Of a DNA stretch of 42,966 nt, positions 1 through 11,721 are shown piece by piece. This stretch comes from Octopus bimaculoides (taxonomy: Eukaryota), in assembly GCF_001194135.2 (NCBI RefSeq), contig NC_068983.1, forward strand, positions 110,420,958 through 110,463,923, written 5' to 3'. How positions within the stretch are numbered: position 1 is the first letter of the stretch; each line of letters begins with the position of its first letter. The notes beneath the pieces were generated by a model. It saw nothing but the letters and a program-made list of their open reading frames with translations, did not search any database and was not told the origin of the DNA. The translations under genes and the position numbers were made by a program.

Positions 1-1209
1 ATATATATATATATATATATAAAGCAAAGCGAGAACGGACGTCCGAATATAGATAAATGGAAGATAGAAGTGCAGTTTTTCTATAAGTAAAGAAACTCAA
101 ATGAATTAGACTTCCTTCTCTTGAAAAACCCGTGAGCTATTCAGTTCACAAACAATTGTCGTCATTTCTTTAAAGTATGGTTAGGGTCATTAAACTACAC
201 CTAGCATACATGAAACATAGTTTTCCTCTGCAGCAGAAGAATTAAAACACACATCCTCAGATTTATTCGATACACATTCTGCTCATGTACAAGAAAATAC
301 TAATAAACTATGAACAATAGAACTTCAAAGATTATTAATAGAGTCGAGGGGATATATAGGATATACTTGCGATCATTTCTCCTGAATAAGAATAACTGAA
401 TATACTATCATATGACAGAACCAATAAGATCAATCAATTTATAATGAGTGGTAGCACGTGGACTAGAATGTCTGTTCCATTAACGAAGGTAAATATATTA
501 ATGAATAACAACAAGGACAGCAAAAGATTTAAGGTTATAACGTAAATGATGACTTGTCCAAGAGAAGCGTAAATCGACAAGGGAAATGGAGTAATCTATA
601 TAAACATAACAGCTACACCGTTTTATTATATATTTAGATAAATAAGAATGGCAAAGTCAGCTAGATTACTAGACAATTTGTTGAGTGCTCTGCAAATTAA
701 ATAATGTCGACGGGGAAATACAGCGTTGTACCACGCAGCTTGACGAAGATTTGACACTTTTAAGCTGGTTGCAAGCTGTCCAATTAATTTTAGCATATGG
801 TATCATTCAATGAGGAAAGCAGAAGCTGCACCTAGGAATTGATTTATGCTTGTGTTGCCTAGAAGCGCCAAGTTTAGTTTCCTACACTCTGGCGAAAATT
901 ATTTACAATAAACCAGTGTCCCGCCAACGATATATTTTATCTTTCATCCGATAACGTGGAAAATCAGCCGTAGTATCCCAGAATGAAGACACTATTGCAT
1001 CAAAAATGACAGAAGTAGCGTAAACTTCATGACGATCGACAGTCACGTTCACAATGTTTAAATTAACCTGATAAGTTTTGAAAAGCTACGTAACGTATGA
1101 TGTAATCTCTTATGATTACATTAAATAGACATTTCTAACGAAACAGTTGTCTCATATTTAATCCCCATTAACTACTTTTAATATAATGTAATGTAATAAT
1201 ACTACAATT

Positions 1210-1594
1210 CGTGGCGCTCCGTCAGTTACGACGACGGGAGTTCCAGTTGATCCGATCAACAAAACAGCCTACTCGTTCAATTAACGTGTAAGTGGTTGAA
1301 CACTTAACAGACACGTGTACCCTTAACATAGTTCTTGGGGTTATTCAGCGTGACACTGAATGTGACAAGGCTGGCCCTTTGAAATACAGGTACAACAGAA
1401 ACAGGAAGAAAGAGTGAGAGAAAGTTCTGGTAAAAAAGTACAGCAGGTTTCGCCAACCCCACCCCTGCCGGCGCCGTGTGGAGCTCTCGATGTTTTCGCT
1501 CAATAAACACTCACAACGCCCGTTCTGGGAATCGAAGCCGCGATCCTACGATCGCGGGTCCGCTACCCTAACGACTGGGCCATCGTACCTCCAC
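1210..1594 (-). mobile_element. tRNA-derived SINE (cephalopod-type), near full length
   Basis: Minus strand begins GTGGAGGTACGATGGCCCAGTCGTTAGGGTAGCGGACCCGCGATCGTAGGATCGCGGCTTCGATTCCCAG, with box A and box B-like motifs. GC-rich island in AT-rich DNA. Confidence 0.8.
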
Positions 1595-1663
1595 ATATAT
1601 CATAATTATATCATAATATGATATAATATAGTATAATATTATATATGTATATACATACACATA

Positions 1664-1698
<35 letters not shown>

Positions 1699-2359
1699 NN
1701 NNNNNNNNNNNNNNNNNNNNNNNNNNNNNNNNNNNNNNNNNNNNNNNNNNNNNNNNNNNNNNNNNNNNNNNNNNNNNNNNNNNNNNNNNNNNNNNNNNNN
1801 NNNNNNNNNNNNNNNNNNNNNNNNNNNNNNNNNNNNNNNNNNNNNNNNNNNNNNNNNNNNNNNNNNNNNNNNNNNNNNNNNNNNNNNNNNNNNNNNNNNN
1901 NNNNNNNNNNNNNNNNNNNNNNNNNNNNNNNNNNNNNNNNNNNNNNNNNNNNNNNNNNNNNNNNNNNNNNNNNNNNNNNNNNNNNNNNNNNNNNNNNNNN
2001 NNNNNNNNNNNNNNNNNNNNNNNNNNNNNNNNNNNNNNNNNNNNNNNNNNNNNNNNNNNNNNNNNNNNNNNNNNNNNNNNNNATATATATATATATATAT
2101 ATATATAAATTATTTGCAGGATCCAATAGATTCAAGATATCTTGATGGTGAGGACACCAAAGGAAGGTCGAGAACAGAATGTCGGTATATCAACATATTA
2201 TATGGACACTCATGTACATATTAATGTATATACGAACTTGTCTTATCACTTATATATACATACACATGGACAGATCAATATACTCATCGACACCCAGTCC
2301 GCGGCCCATCTTAAATTCCAGATCCAACGTAGGGAAGTGTGTTGTAGTAAAACCCGTTT

Positions 2360-2722
2360 ATGTTAATATATAGGTATGTGTATGTGTACACACACAAAGC
2401 CTTTTATTTACATACATACACACACACATACACATATATATATTATACACACATCCCACACCCATATACCCAACCTACCCCACATCCTCACCCCAAACCC
2501 ACACCGTACCCTCACATCACCACTCCCCAACACCACCACGCCACACACCACCACTCCACACCACATCACACCATTCTCACACACTAGCACTGACCACTTC
2601 CAAGCACCCGCACATTACAGACTCACACTCTTACACACGCATGCATCCATATGTAAGTCACCAGCCCTTAACCACACGCACACACTTACACAGTCTCACA
2701 TACATACACGCACGCGCACATT
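2360..2722. repeat. Compound CA/CAC-rich low-complexity microsatellite
   Basis: (CA)n, CACCAC and CCCACA runs; explains the His/Thr-rich spurious ORFs. Confidence 0.9.
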
Positions 2723-2819
2723 CGTTTTGGGATCACCAATACTTTATTATCTCCCATTCTTCCCAGCTCTCATGTCTAACCATTCGCCATTCGCCAGGAT
2801 TGACTGCGAACTTCAAAAG

Positions 2820-2975
2820 TTTTTTTTTATTCTCCCTCTGTTTATTTCATCGTGCTCCTTTCTGTTGAAGAGCGTAGGCTCGAAACGTAAGACACTTTCT
2901 CACCTTCCCAAGCGTCAAAGTAATACACCTGCTTGTTGTTTGCACACCCGTCTTCAGTTTTTCTCTAAATTTCAA
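2820..2975 (+). mobile_element. Short Penelope-type repeat fragment with degenerate hammerhead-like core
   Basis: CTGTTGA-A-GAGC-gtag-GCTC-GAAACGT at 2862-2888. The downstream part recurs in diverged form at ~15160-15245 (ctttctc...gagcgttatactaatacatct...cacctgtcttc). Confidence 0.5.
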
Positions 2976-3071
2976 CTATANNNNNNNNNNNNNNNNNNNN
3001 NNNNNNNNNNNNNNNNNNNNNNNNNNNNNNNNNNNNNNNNNNNNNNNNNNNNNNNNNNNNNNNTATATATA

Positions 3072-3210
3072 CAGCCTTGGCCAAAAAGTATTAGGCCACC
3101 CCAATGTTTTAGTGCTCTCAATGTTAATGAAACTCGAGCACATAGTAGATTATGGTATATTTAACAATATACATTAGTTTTAATATCTGGTTGACCCTCC
3201 TTTAGCATCA
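3072..3210 (+). mobile_element. Tc1-like transposon terminal remnant
   Basis: TA followed by CAGCCTTGGCCAAAAAGTATT, a typical Tc1 TIR start. No partner TIR found. Confidence 0.55.
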
Positions 3211-3639
3211 AGCCCACGCAGTGAGATCGAACCAGAGACCTTGTGAATACTAAGTAATCCTCTCGGGTATGCGGAGGTACAGTGCCTATATATACTTTCA
3301 TGTCTGTATATGAATATACATACACACACGCATGCATACATACACACATATATACACGTAGATATATATATATATATAAACATACATGTCCGCATACACT
3401 TATGTATATGCATTAGGCTGAAAGCCAAGATCTGTTGCTTTTTCGATATAATTAAGCAGAGGTTACTTTTTCAATACTTGTGGGAAAATAAGCATTAACT
3501 TTTACTTTTTTGTTTCTTGGCATAGCGGTTGTATTTGCTATTGTTGTTACCCATTTAAAATGAGTTTACAGGAAAACCATATGAAACACTACAAGCTATA
3601 TATATATATTCAATAAGGGCTCTCCAGAAATGGATGCTG

Positions 3640-4240
3640 CATGAACTATTCGCTTTGTCTATGAAACGATGTCTGGACAAGCTAATAATGATGTAGTTTG
3701 TTCCATCCGGGAAGATTTTCTCTCTTTGAGTCCGCTCTATCTGGGGAAAAATATATTATCAATATTGCTGCTTTAATTGAAGAAAATCGAATGTAAGCGG
3801 TACGAAAATAAGCAAATCATTCCAATTGAAGTCACATAAAACACCTTCATGAATTAGAGAGAGTCTGAAATTAGTCAGTGGGTGCCTCATCATCTAACGT
3901 CTTTTGGGTTAATCAAAATGATTTTCTCTGCTCGATATTGAAATGTAGACTCGCTATCAAACTTCGCCTGGGTAAAATCGTTGCAAGTGATGAAAGAAAT
4001 GTGGTTTCTCTATAATTCTAGCCAACGAAAACGCCAATGGTTAATAACTGCTGGAATACTGTGTGTTATAAAAAGTGTTGTGTATCATGAAATGTTAAAC
4101 AAAAAAGAGATATTTAATGCAGTAGTGAATTTGAAATCAGCTAGAAGCATTGCAGAAAAGAAGTTTGCATAATGTGTCCGTCATTGGTCAATGGATAAAG
4201 GATGTTACTCTTACATGATAATGCAAAACTAAACATTTTC
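3640..4240 (+). pseudogene. Old mariner transposase relic (copy 1)
   Basis: Fragments QWVPHHLT (3877-3900), KIVASDE, YNSSQRKRQW, LLLHDNAK match the mariner WVPHEL / GDEKW / HDNARPH motifs. Frameshifted. Paralogue at 36190-36755. Confidence 0.75.
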
Positions 4241-5087
4241 TTCTCTTACTCTTGTTTTTTACAAACACCTTCAAAATGACATTCTAAAATGAAATTCCTT
4301 TATGCAGCTGAGGAGTACATTTTCATTTTTTTTCTGTAGTGTTATCACTACATGAATAAATGGAGCTTGTACGAAACGTACGTACTGCTATAACCTATTG
4401 AATTTTTGTTGCTTAACTTCAAATTTTATTCACCAAATCTCTTGATTTTGTTTTTGGTTTTTATCCTACCAAATTCTAGTGCCTCAAACATTTTAAGTAC
4501 CACATTTAATCTTTTGATTAAATCTCTCTCTCTCTCTNNNNNNNNNNNNNNNNNNNNNNNNNNNNNNNNNNNNNNNNNNNNNNNNNNNNNNNNNNNNNNN
4601 NNNNNNNNNNNNNNNNNNNNNNNNNNNNNNNNNNNNNNNNNNNNNNNNNNNNNNNNNNNNNNNNNNNNNNNNNNNNNNNNNNNNNNNNNNNNNNNNNNNN
4701 NNNNNNNNNNNNNNNNNNNNNNNNNNNNNNNNNNNNNNNNNNNNNNNNNNNNNNNNNNNNNNNNNNNNNNNNNNNTATATATATGTATATATATATATAC
4801 ATATATCTGTTTGTATATGTACAGATATCCATATGCACATAATTCTGCAAGAGTCTTGAGAATAATTTAGGAATTTGTATACACACACAAACACACACAG
4901 ACATACGCACACATACATATATACAGCTCTTCACGCGCACGCACGCACCCGCACACACACACACACATACACACACACAAACATATATCTTACTCAGCCC
5001 CACCTCTTGAATGTGACATCCATAATTAATTGCATAGATATTTATAAAAGCTAAAATATAAAATTCTTCCACATGATATTTGTTTAC

Positions 5088-5129
5088 GCGTAAGGTCGCT
5101 TTCGTTTAATAGAAGGAAAACTCTTGGTT
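5088..5129 (-). CDS. Candidate 42-nt phase 1-1 exon, (E)PRVFLLLNESDLT(R)
   Basis: tatatacag|AACC...ACGC|gtaaac. Paralogue 39688-39729 has the same length and splice sites, with 3 synonymous and 2 non-synonymous codon changes. Confidence 0.55.
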
Positions 5130-5245
5130 CTGTATATAAAATTGTTATTCCCGCAAAGAGCTTGCATTCATATGCTACCAACAGTTTTTCGAATTCCTTT
5201 ATCTCTTCGTGTCTGATCGCCTCTCTGTCTCTTTCTTGTTCACTC

Positions 5246-5417
<172 letters not shown>

Positions 5418-6356
5418 ATGCGTGTATAAATGTACATGTGTGTATTATATACTCTACAATGCAGTACATAGTAGACCTTTACTTCTTCGGTAAAAACAAT
5501 TCTCAGTTCACTATCGATATAAATCTCATGGGAACATAGATCAAAGTTATAAGAGCAGCTTTTGTGATCTTACAGCTAAATGTCGGGAAGCAACTCTGTG
5601 AATTTTCTTTCACATAAGGAATATCTTTAGTATCCGTACTAATCATACTAATATGTTAGTTTTGGTAACCTTGCTAAACATAAAGCACTCTGGTACGTTG
5701 TTCTACGGAGAGACTTAGGAAAGATTTATTCTGAATAATCATATCGACGTGAATAATAAGCATATCAGCGTGTAATGAACGTCAGCACTACTCAAGACTT
5801 CATGGCTCATTTATATTTTTTATTAATTGTTTTTTCATGTACATAGTTTTTTAATGATTATAATTGTTTTCTGAACAGTGATTTTATTAAGCAGTTTTGA
5901 AATGAATATGGCAAAAACTAGCAAAGAGTAAAGTGCACCAGGAAACTTTAACTCTCTTCTAAACAGACATACAAAATTAACATATTTTCGGTATACAAAT
6001 CGAATATTTCAGACGAGAACCTTTAGTTAAAGGTTTGATAGTTTATACACAAAAAGGTCTGTTGCGGATAGAAAATTCAATATAGAAAGCAGTGGTACCA
6101 GGAATGAGAGTGACTATGTATGAGTGTTTCACAAGTTTACACTATATACTACGTCGACACATATGTCGGAAGATACGGTTGAAAAATTAGATAAACCAAC
6201 TTAACTATGCAGCGTTTTTAATACACATTCTGCACTCTTACATTAAGGTTATGAAAACATTTGAAAGCATTATGAAAACTTTCGAAGTATACATAACAAA
6301 AAACATAAATGGTGATTTATAAGTTCCGGTTTATTGATCGATTAATTGTAGCTTAC

Positions 6357-6379
6357 ACTATATTGAGTGACAAAAGAAC
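6357..6379 (-). CDS. Candidate 23-nt exon, (G)SFVTQYS
   Basis: ctcattttccag|...|gtaagc. Paralogue 40854-40876 has tct/tcc and agt/agc synonymous changes, and both splice sites are retained. Confidence 0.5.
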
Positions 6380-6737
6380 CTGGAAAATGAGCAAACGATA
6401 AATAAATTAATGATTTAAGAGGAAATATTGCATTCGTTCAGGACATATAACTGAATACAAGCACTATAGGCCATCAAATAATGCCAACTGGAAGTTAATT
6501 TGTATTCAGACGTAACAGGGGTAAGAATATCCAATGTATTTCCTAGACGGTACAGATTCAATCCAAGAATATAAAATAATATACCAGTCATTGCAATTTT
6601 TTTTAAACGATAAATATATATTTTCTCCTCTGAGATATGAGTTTCAACTATAGCTCGTAAATAATGTTGTATAAACAATTAAATAACAATTGTACGTTTT
6701 TTTATGATAAAGAATTGCATTCTGTTATAAGTGAGCA

Positions 6738-7060
6738 TGAGCATAGTTGTATGGTTAGCAAGTTTGATTCGTAACTACAGGATTCCAGATTCAGTATCTT
6801 ATCGCAGCACCTTAGGCAAGTGTTTTCTGCTGTTGACTAGAACCGGCTAAAGCCTTGTAAGTTAAAATAGGGTGACAGAGATTGTTTGAGTATGTATTGG
6901 TGGTGGTGAGGGGTGCATCCTATACGTAGCTAATAGATTTAATCAGCGGCTGGATGCCAATAACAAACCCTGCTGTGCTGTAAGATTCCTCATTAGGTCT
7001 CGTCTAAGACTAACCTTCCAAATATTCTCGGTCTTGCTGAAAAGGTAATCCCGTCTGCTC
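6738..7060 (+). mobile_element. Decayed tRNA-derived SINE (paralogous copy at 41215-41540)
   Basis: Head GCATAGTTGTATGGTTAGCAAG...CAGCACCTTAGGCAAGTG. Same position in both segmental copies, so it predates the duplication. Confidence 0.7.
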
Positions 7061-7172
7061 TTCTAGGTCTGATTAATGCATGAAAATGTTAATACTTGTC
7101 TATATTGTGTGGCCTCAAATTATAACCCTATTAAAACCGGCATTATTACCTATATTGTCAGGAATTGCCATT

Positions 7173-7269
7173 CTAGTCTATTATTGCATTGACACAGTCT
7201 ATCTTGTTTGCACTGCTCTTGCATTTTTTGATGCCACACATAATTTTTCCATATTCCAAACCACAGAAA
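7173..7269 (-). CDS. Candidate terminal exon, Cys-containing: FCGLEYGKIMCGIKKCKSSANKIDCVNAIID*
   Basis: Polypyrimidine acceptor ttttattttag|. Length (97 nt) and TAG position match paralogue 41667-41763. 5 synonymous and 12 non-synonymous codon differences; 3 Cys shared. Confidence 0.45.
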
Positions 7270-7469
7270 CTAAAATAAAAGAAAATGAATGATTTATAAA
7301 GATATATGGAAAGAAATATGCAAAATTAAATCATTCACTGAGCTAGAAGTTAATGTATGTAAATAATGTAAACATATCTCAAATGAAGTGAGTCTCTGAT
7401 TTCAATAAATTACCTGTACGCATAATTTCCACTCTCAAGTGAAGAGATATAAATATACGCCGATAGTTC

Positions 7470-8532
7470 AGTATTTATATTATTTACATTTGACGGATAT
7501 TTGTCTTCATCTTCTTTGTTATTAACACAACGTTTCAGCTGATATACCCTCCAGCCTTCATCAGGTATCTTGGGGAAATTTCGAACCTGGGTTCTCATTC
7601 CTAAGGTATTTTTATGTTGTTGTTGTTATTATTATTATTATTATTATTCATGTCACTACTTCGAATCGAACTCGGAATTTTGGGGTTAGTAGCCTGCGCT
7701 GTTAACCATTACACCATACGCCCATGGGCAATTATGGAGTGAATTGTAGGGTTTATAAATCTAATAATTTTCTACCCTTCCTTGATAACGGTTCCCATAT
7801 GCTGCTCATTTCTGCACTGGGTCTGCTTAGGAGGTCGTTGAGTCATAGCGTATGTGCTGCTTCTTTTAGTTTCGTATTTTCCAGTGGTGTTCTCTGTCTA
7901 TTCTTTTAACTCCATCACACAGGGGGAGGTAGTCCCCATTTTTCCAAACATGATCAGTTATACCCGATTTATCAATATCTCCTCATGTCACAGCTTTGTG
8001 ATTTTCCTCTACCCTTATTTTGAGGGGGCGACATGTCTCGCCTTTGTATAACCTAAGACAACTGCATGGGATGGAGTACATGCAGTTTTTGGTTATAATC
8101 TCTTCTATTACTGGTTTTACCTGAAGGTGATATTTGCGAAGTGTTGTATTACCCCTGAATACAATCCTGATGTCATATGGGCCACATATCTGTTGTATCT
8201 TTTCGGAGAAGCCTTTCACATTGGGTAGACAGACTGTGGACAGTTTATTGGCCTCATCCTCTCTCTTCTTCACAAATGGAGTGGATAGTATACTTTTGGG
8301 GTAGTTGTTGCTTAACAGATCATTATTGAACTTGATCATGATTTCGTGCTGGGTATCATGATAACTATTTATATTCTTTGCACGATGTTTTAGGCACTGA
8401 GCAATCCTCCTCTTTACACTGTATGGATGGTGGAAATTGAAGTTGATGTATCGTCCAGTAAAGGTCGGCTTGCGGTATACGGATGCCCTGAATCCATACT
8501 TGGTTCGTGTTATTAATACGTCCAGGAATGCC
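7470..8532 (-). mobile_element. Penelope-like element, inverted 3' arm (RT C-terminus, GIY-YIG endonuclease, 3' region)
   Basis: Minus-strand peptide FLDVLITRT..VYRKPTFTGRYINF..VYLPNVKGFSEK..NCMYSIPCSCLRLYKGETCRPLKIR..KSGITDHVW. Reverse complement of the element's forward 3' part at 10020-12460. Confidence 0.88.
7488..7572 (-). ncRNA. Putative hammerhead ribozyme in the Penelope 3' region
   Basis: CTGATGA-a-GGCTG-loop-CAGCT-GAAACG on the minus strand, with possible stem III closure ACG/CGT before C (cgtc at 7492-7495). Stem I is weak by eye. Confidence 0.5.
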
Positions 8533-10424
8533 TGGTTGTCGCAAAGTTGAGATCTTTGTTCAGTATTGTTTCTTCAGAGTTTTCTAGATGTCGGCTACTT
8601 ACATTAGTTTCTGTTTCAAATAAAGCTAAAAGAGTAACTGAAAGGGCAGAACATGCCCTTGTCCGTGAGAGGATCTATTACAACCGATGGAAAAAACATC
8701 AACTAAATAACGAAATCAAAGAGAGGTTATCTTCATTAGTTAGGAAAATAACCAGAGATGTTGATAGAAAGAGAATCCAACAAGGTCTGGAAAAGTCGTA
8801 CATGAAAGAATTTGAAATGGTGAAGACACGCCAGATTAAGAAGTTTATGAAACCCAAATGTTAGAGAATGAAGACTGAAATCCGTCACTCACCTGTGAAA
8901 GCAGTAATTAATGTAAGTAGCCGACATCTAGAAAGCTCTGAAGAAGCTGTACTGAACAAATGTTTCAACTTTGCGACAACCATTAAGCGTATTCCATACT
9001 TGAACATAATAGCCCCTACTGAAGAGATAGCCATAACGATACGAAAAGTTCAGGGAGATGAACTAAGGTGGAAAGTGATACAGGTACTACAAAAAGTGAA
9101 ACTTCCTAAACCAAACATCATTAAGGAAGAAAGTTTCGCTATCAAAAGACTACAGAATGACAATTCCATCCACATACTTCCAGCGGACAAGGGAAATGCT
9201 ACAGTAGTGATGAACAATTCTGACTAGTCCGAAAAATTGACAAGTCTTATAAGTGATGGTAGCTACAGCAAAGAAAAGATCCAACTCTGAAAACAGAGAG
9301 GAAGTTGTCACAGATCTTGATCAAGAACAAGGATCACCTTACACCAATAAAGTACAGACAACTGACTCAACACCACAGTAAACTACCACACATGTACGGT
9401 CTCTCTAAGGTTCACAAGGATGGTATTCCATTAAGACCTATAGTGAGCTGTAGAGGTTCAGAATGTCATCCACTGAGCCGCTTCCTGTGGATATAATCAG
9501 TCCATTAGCAGGAAAGTCAACATCGTACGTGAAGAATTCCACACCCTTCAGAGAATTGATAAAGGGTACCCCCGTTGAATCCAACCAGAGGGTGAGTCTA
9601 GATGTGATAAGTCTGTTCACCAAAGTTCGAACTGGTGAAGCACTTTGGGTGATTAAAAAAAAGCTAGTGACAGACAGCCATGTAAAAGAACGCACTAGTA
9701 TACCAATAAGAAACTTGATGAAAATGTTGACCTTCTGTGTAGAAACTACCTACTTCAGTATGGACACTGATATATATCGACATGAGGAGGGTTTAGTTAT
9801 GGGTTCGCCATTATCACCGGTAATAGCTAATATATACATAGAATATTTGAGAATTTGGCTCTAGGATCAACACCAGTAAAACCAACCCTATGGCAACGAT
9901 ATGTTGATGACACCTTTATACTCTGGCCCCACCAGGAGGATGCCCGAGTGCTGTTAGATCATATGCACTCAATAAATTCATCCATACAGTTCATAATGGA
10001 AAAGTAAAAAGACAATCAGCTGGCATTCCTGGACGTATTAATAACACGCACCAAGTATGGATTCAGGACATCCGTATACCACAAGCCGACCTTTACTGGA
10101 CGATACCTCAACTTCAATTCCCACCATCCATACAGTGTAAAGAGATGGATTGCTCAATGCCTAACACATCGTGCAAAGAATATATGTAGCGATCGTGATA
10201 CCCAGCACGAAGAAATGATCAAGTTCAATAATGATCTGTTAAGCAACAACTACCCCAAAAGTATACTATCCATTCCATTTATGAAGAAGAGAGAGGATGA
10301 GGCCAATAAACTGTCCACAGTCTATCTACCCTATGTGAAAGGCTTCTCCGAAAAGATACAACAGAAATGTGGCCCATATGACATCAGGATTGTATTCAGG
10401 AATAATACAATACTTCGCAAATAA

Positions 10425-11437
10425 CTCCTCGTGACATTTCTGCTGTTATGGAGAGGGTGCATTAGCTGAAAAAACCGCTCGTGATTGAAAATTTTGACCT
10501 CAAAGACGCACCTCATTCTCGCCGTCCAGTTAAGTTCGATGAAGAGCGATGAAACCAATTTTTGCAGGAAAATTCTCCTCAAACGACAAGGGAACTGGCT
10601 GAGAAAATGTACTGCTCCCACACTGCTATGGAGAAGCATCTTCACTCGATGGGAAAGGTTCAGATATATGGAGAATGTGCTCCACATGCATTAAGTGACA
10701 ATAACAAAAATCAACGAGTCACAATCTCCACCGGTTTGCTTGTTCGTCACTGCTCAACTCATGGACATAAGCAACAATTTCTTTACCGAATCGTTAGTGG
10801 CAACGGAAAATGGTGCCTGTACATCAATATCAAATAGCGTAAGGAATGGCTTAGCCCCGTAAACAAGGGACACCGCGCGTGAAACAAGATCTTCATCCGC
10901 GTAAAACTATGTTGTGCGTATGGTGGGACTGGGAAGGGATTATCCATTACGAATTGCTTGAACGGAATCGAACGCTAAACGTGAAACTCTATGCTCAACA
11001 GATGAAACGACTCAATACGGCTATTCAAGAGAAAAGACCTAATCGGCAGCATGGAGTTCTTTTGCCGCACGACAACGCCCGCCCTCCTGTCGCCAATATG
11101 ACCAAGGAAACCATTCAAACGCCTGGCTGGGAAGTGCTGCCACACCCACCGTACTCTCCTGATTTGGCACCAACGGATTTCCATCCCATTCGATATCTTT
11201 CAAATGTTATGCACCGAGTTTCGTTGAATACTGATCCAGAACTGAGAGCTTGGTTGGATCAATTCATCGAGTTCAAATCGGGTGATTTCTGCCAACGAGA
11301 TAGTGAAGATCTTCTTGAACGTTGGGAAAGAGTTGTAAACAACAAGGGTGAATACATGATTGATTAATTAGTTGTTATTTTTTATTAACCCTTATATAAA
11401 TTAACATTTAAAAGAAAGGCAGGAACTTAGTTGCCAA
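10425..11437 (+). mobile_element. 5'-truncated mariner (DD34D) transposase pseudogene
   Basis: IVSGNGKW, KTMLCVWWDWEGIIHYELL, HDNARP, HPPYSPDLAPTDFH. The 3' TIR-like end GGAACTTAGTTGCCAA is cut short. Confidence 0.9.
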
Positions 11438-11721
11438 TACAAAGGCGAAACATGTCACCCCCTCAAAATAAGGGGAGGCGACATCTCAAAGCTGTGATAC
11501 GAGAAGATATTGATAAATCGGGTATATTGATAAAGTATGGAACAATGGGGACCACCTCTCCCTGTGTGATAGAGTTAAAAGAATAGACAGAGAACACCAC
11601 TGGAAAATATGAAACTAAAAAAACAGCGCATACGCTATGACTCAACGACCTCCTAAGCAGACCGAGTGCAGAAATGAACAGCATATGGGAACTGGTATTA
11701 AGGAAAGATAGAAAAATCTTA

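Noticed and set aside
1611-2224. Long ORFs spanning N gaps (also at 13.4-16.2 kb, 24.2-25.2 kb, 26.2-26.9 kb, 35.6-36.0 kb, 38.3-39.6 kb)
   Set aside because: Openness comes from N runs and dinucleotide repeats (YIYI, CVCV, HTHT).
6415-6678. Minus-strand ORF with LGNTLDILTPVT, similar to 40850-41038
   Set aside because: Similarity just reflects the duplication. The paralogue has a stop four codons after the shared ATG, and there is no synonymous bias.
7080-7292. Plus-strand hydrophobic 70-aa ORF MKMLILVYIVWPQ...
   Set aside because: The paralogue lacks the start and has an in-frame TAA, and the stop position differs. It is the exact antisense frame of the better-supported minus-strand exon, though not fully excluded.
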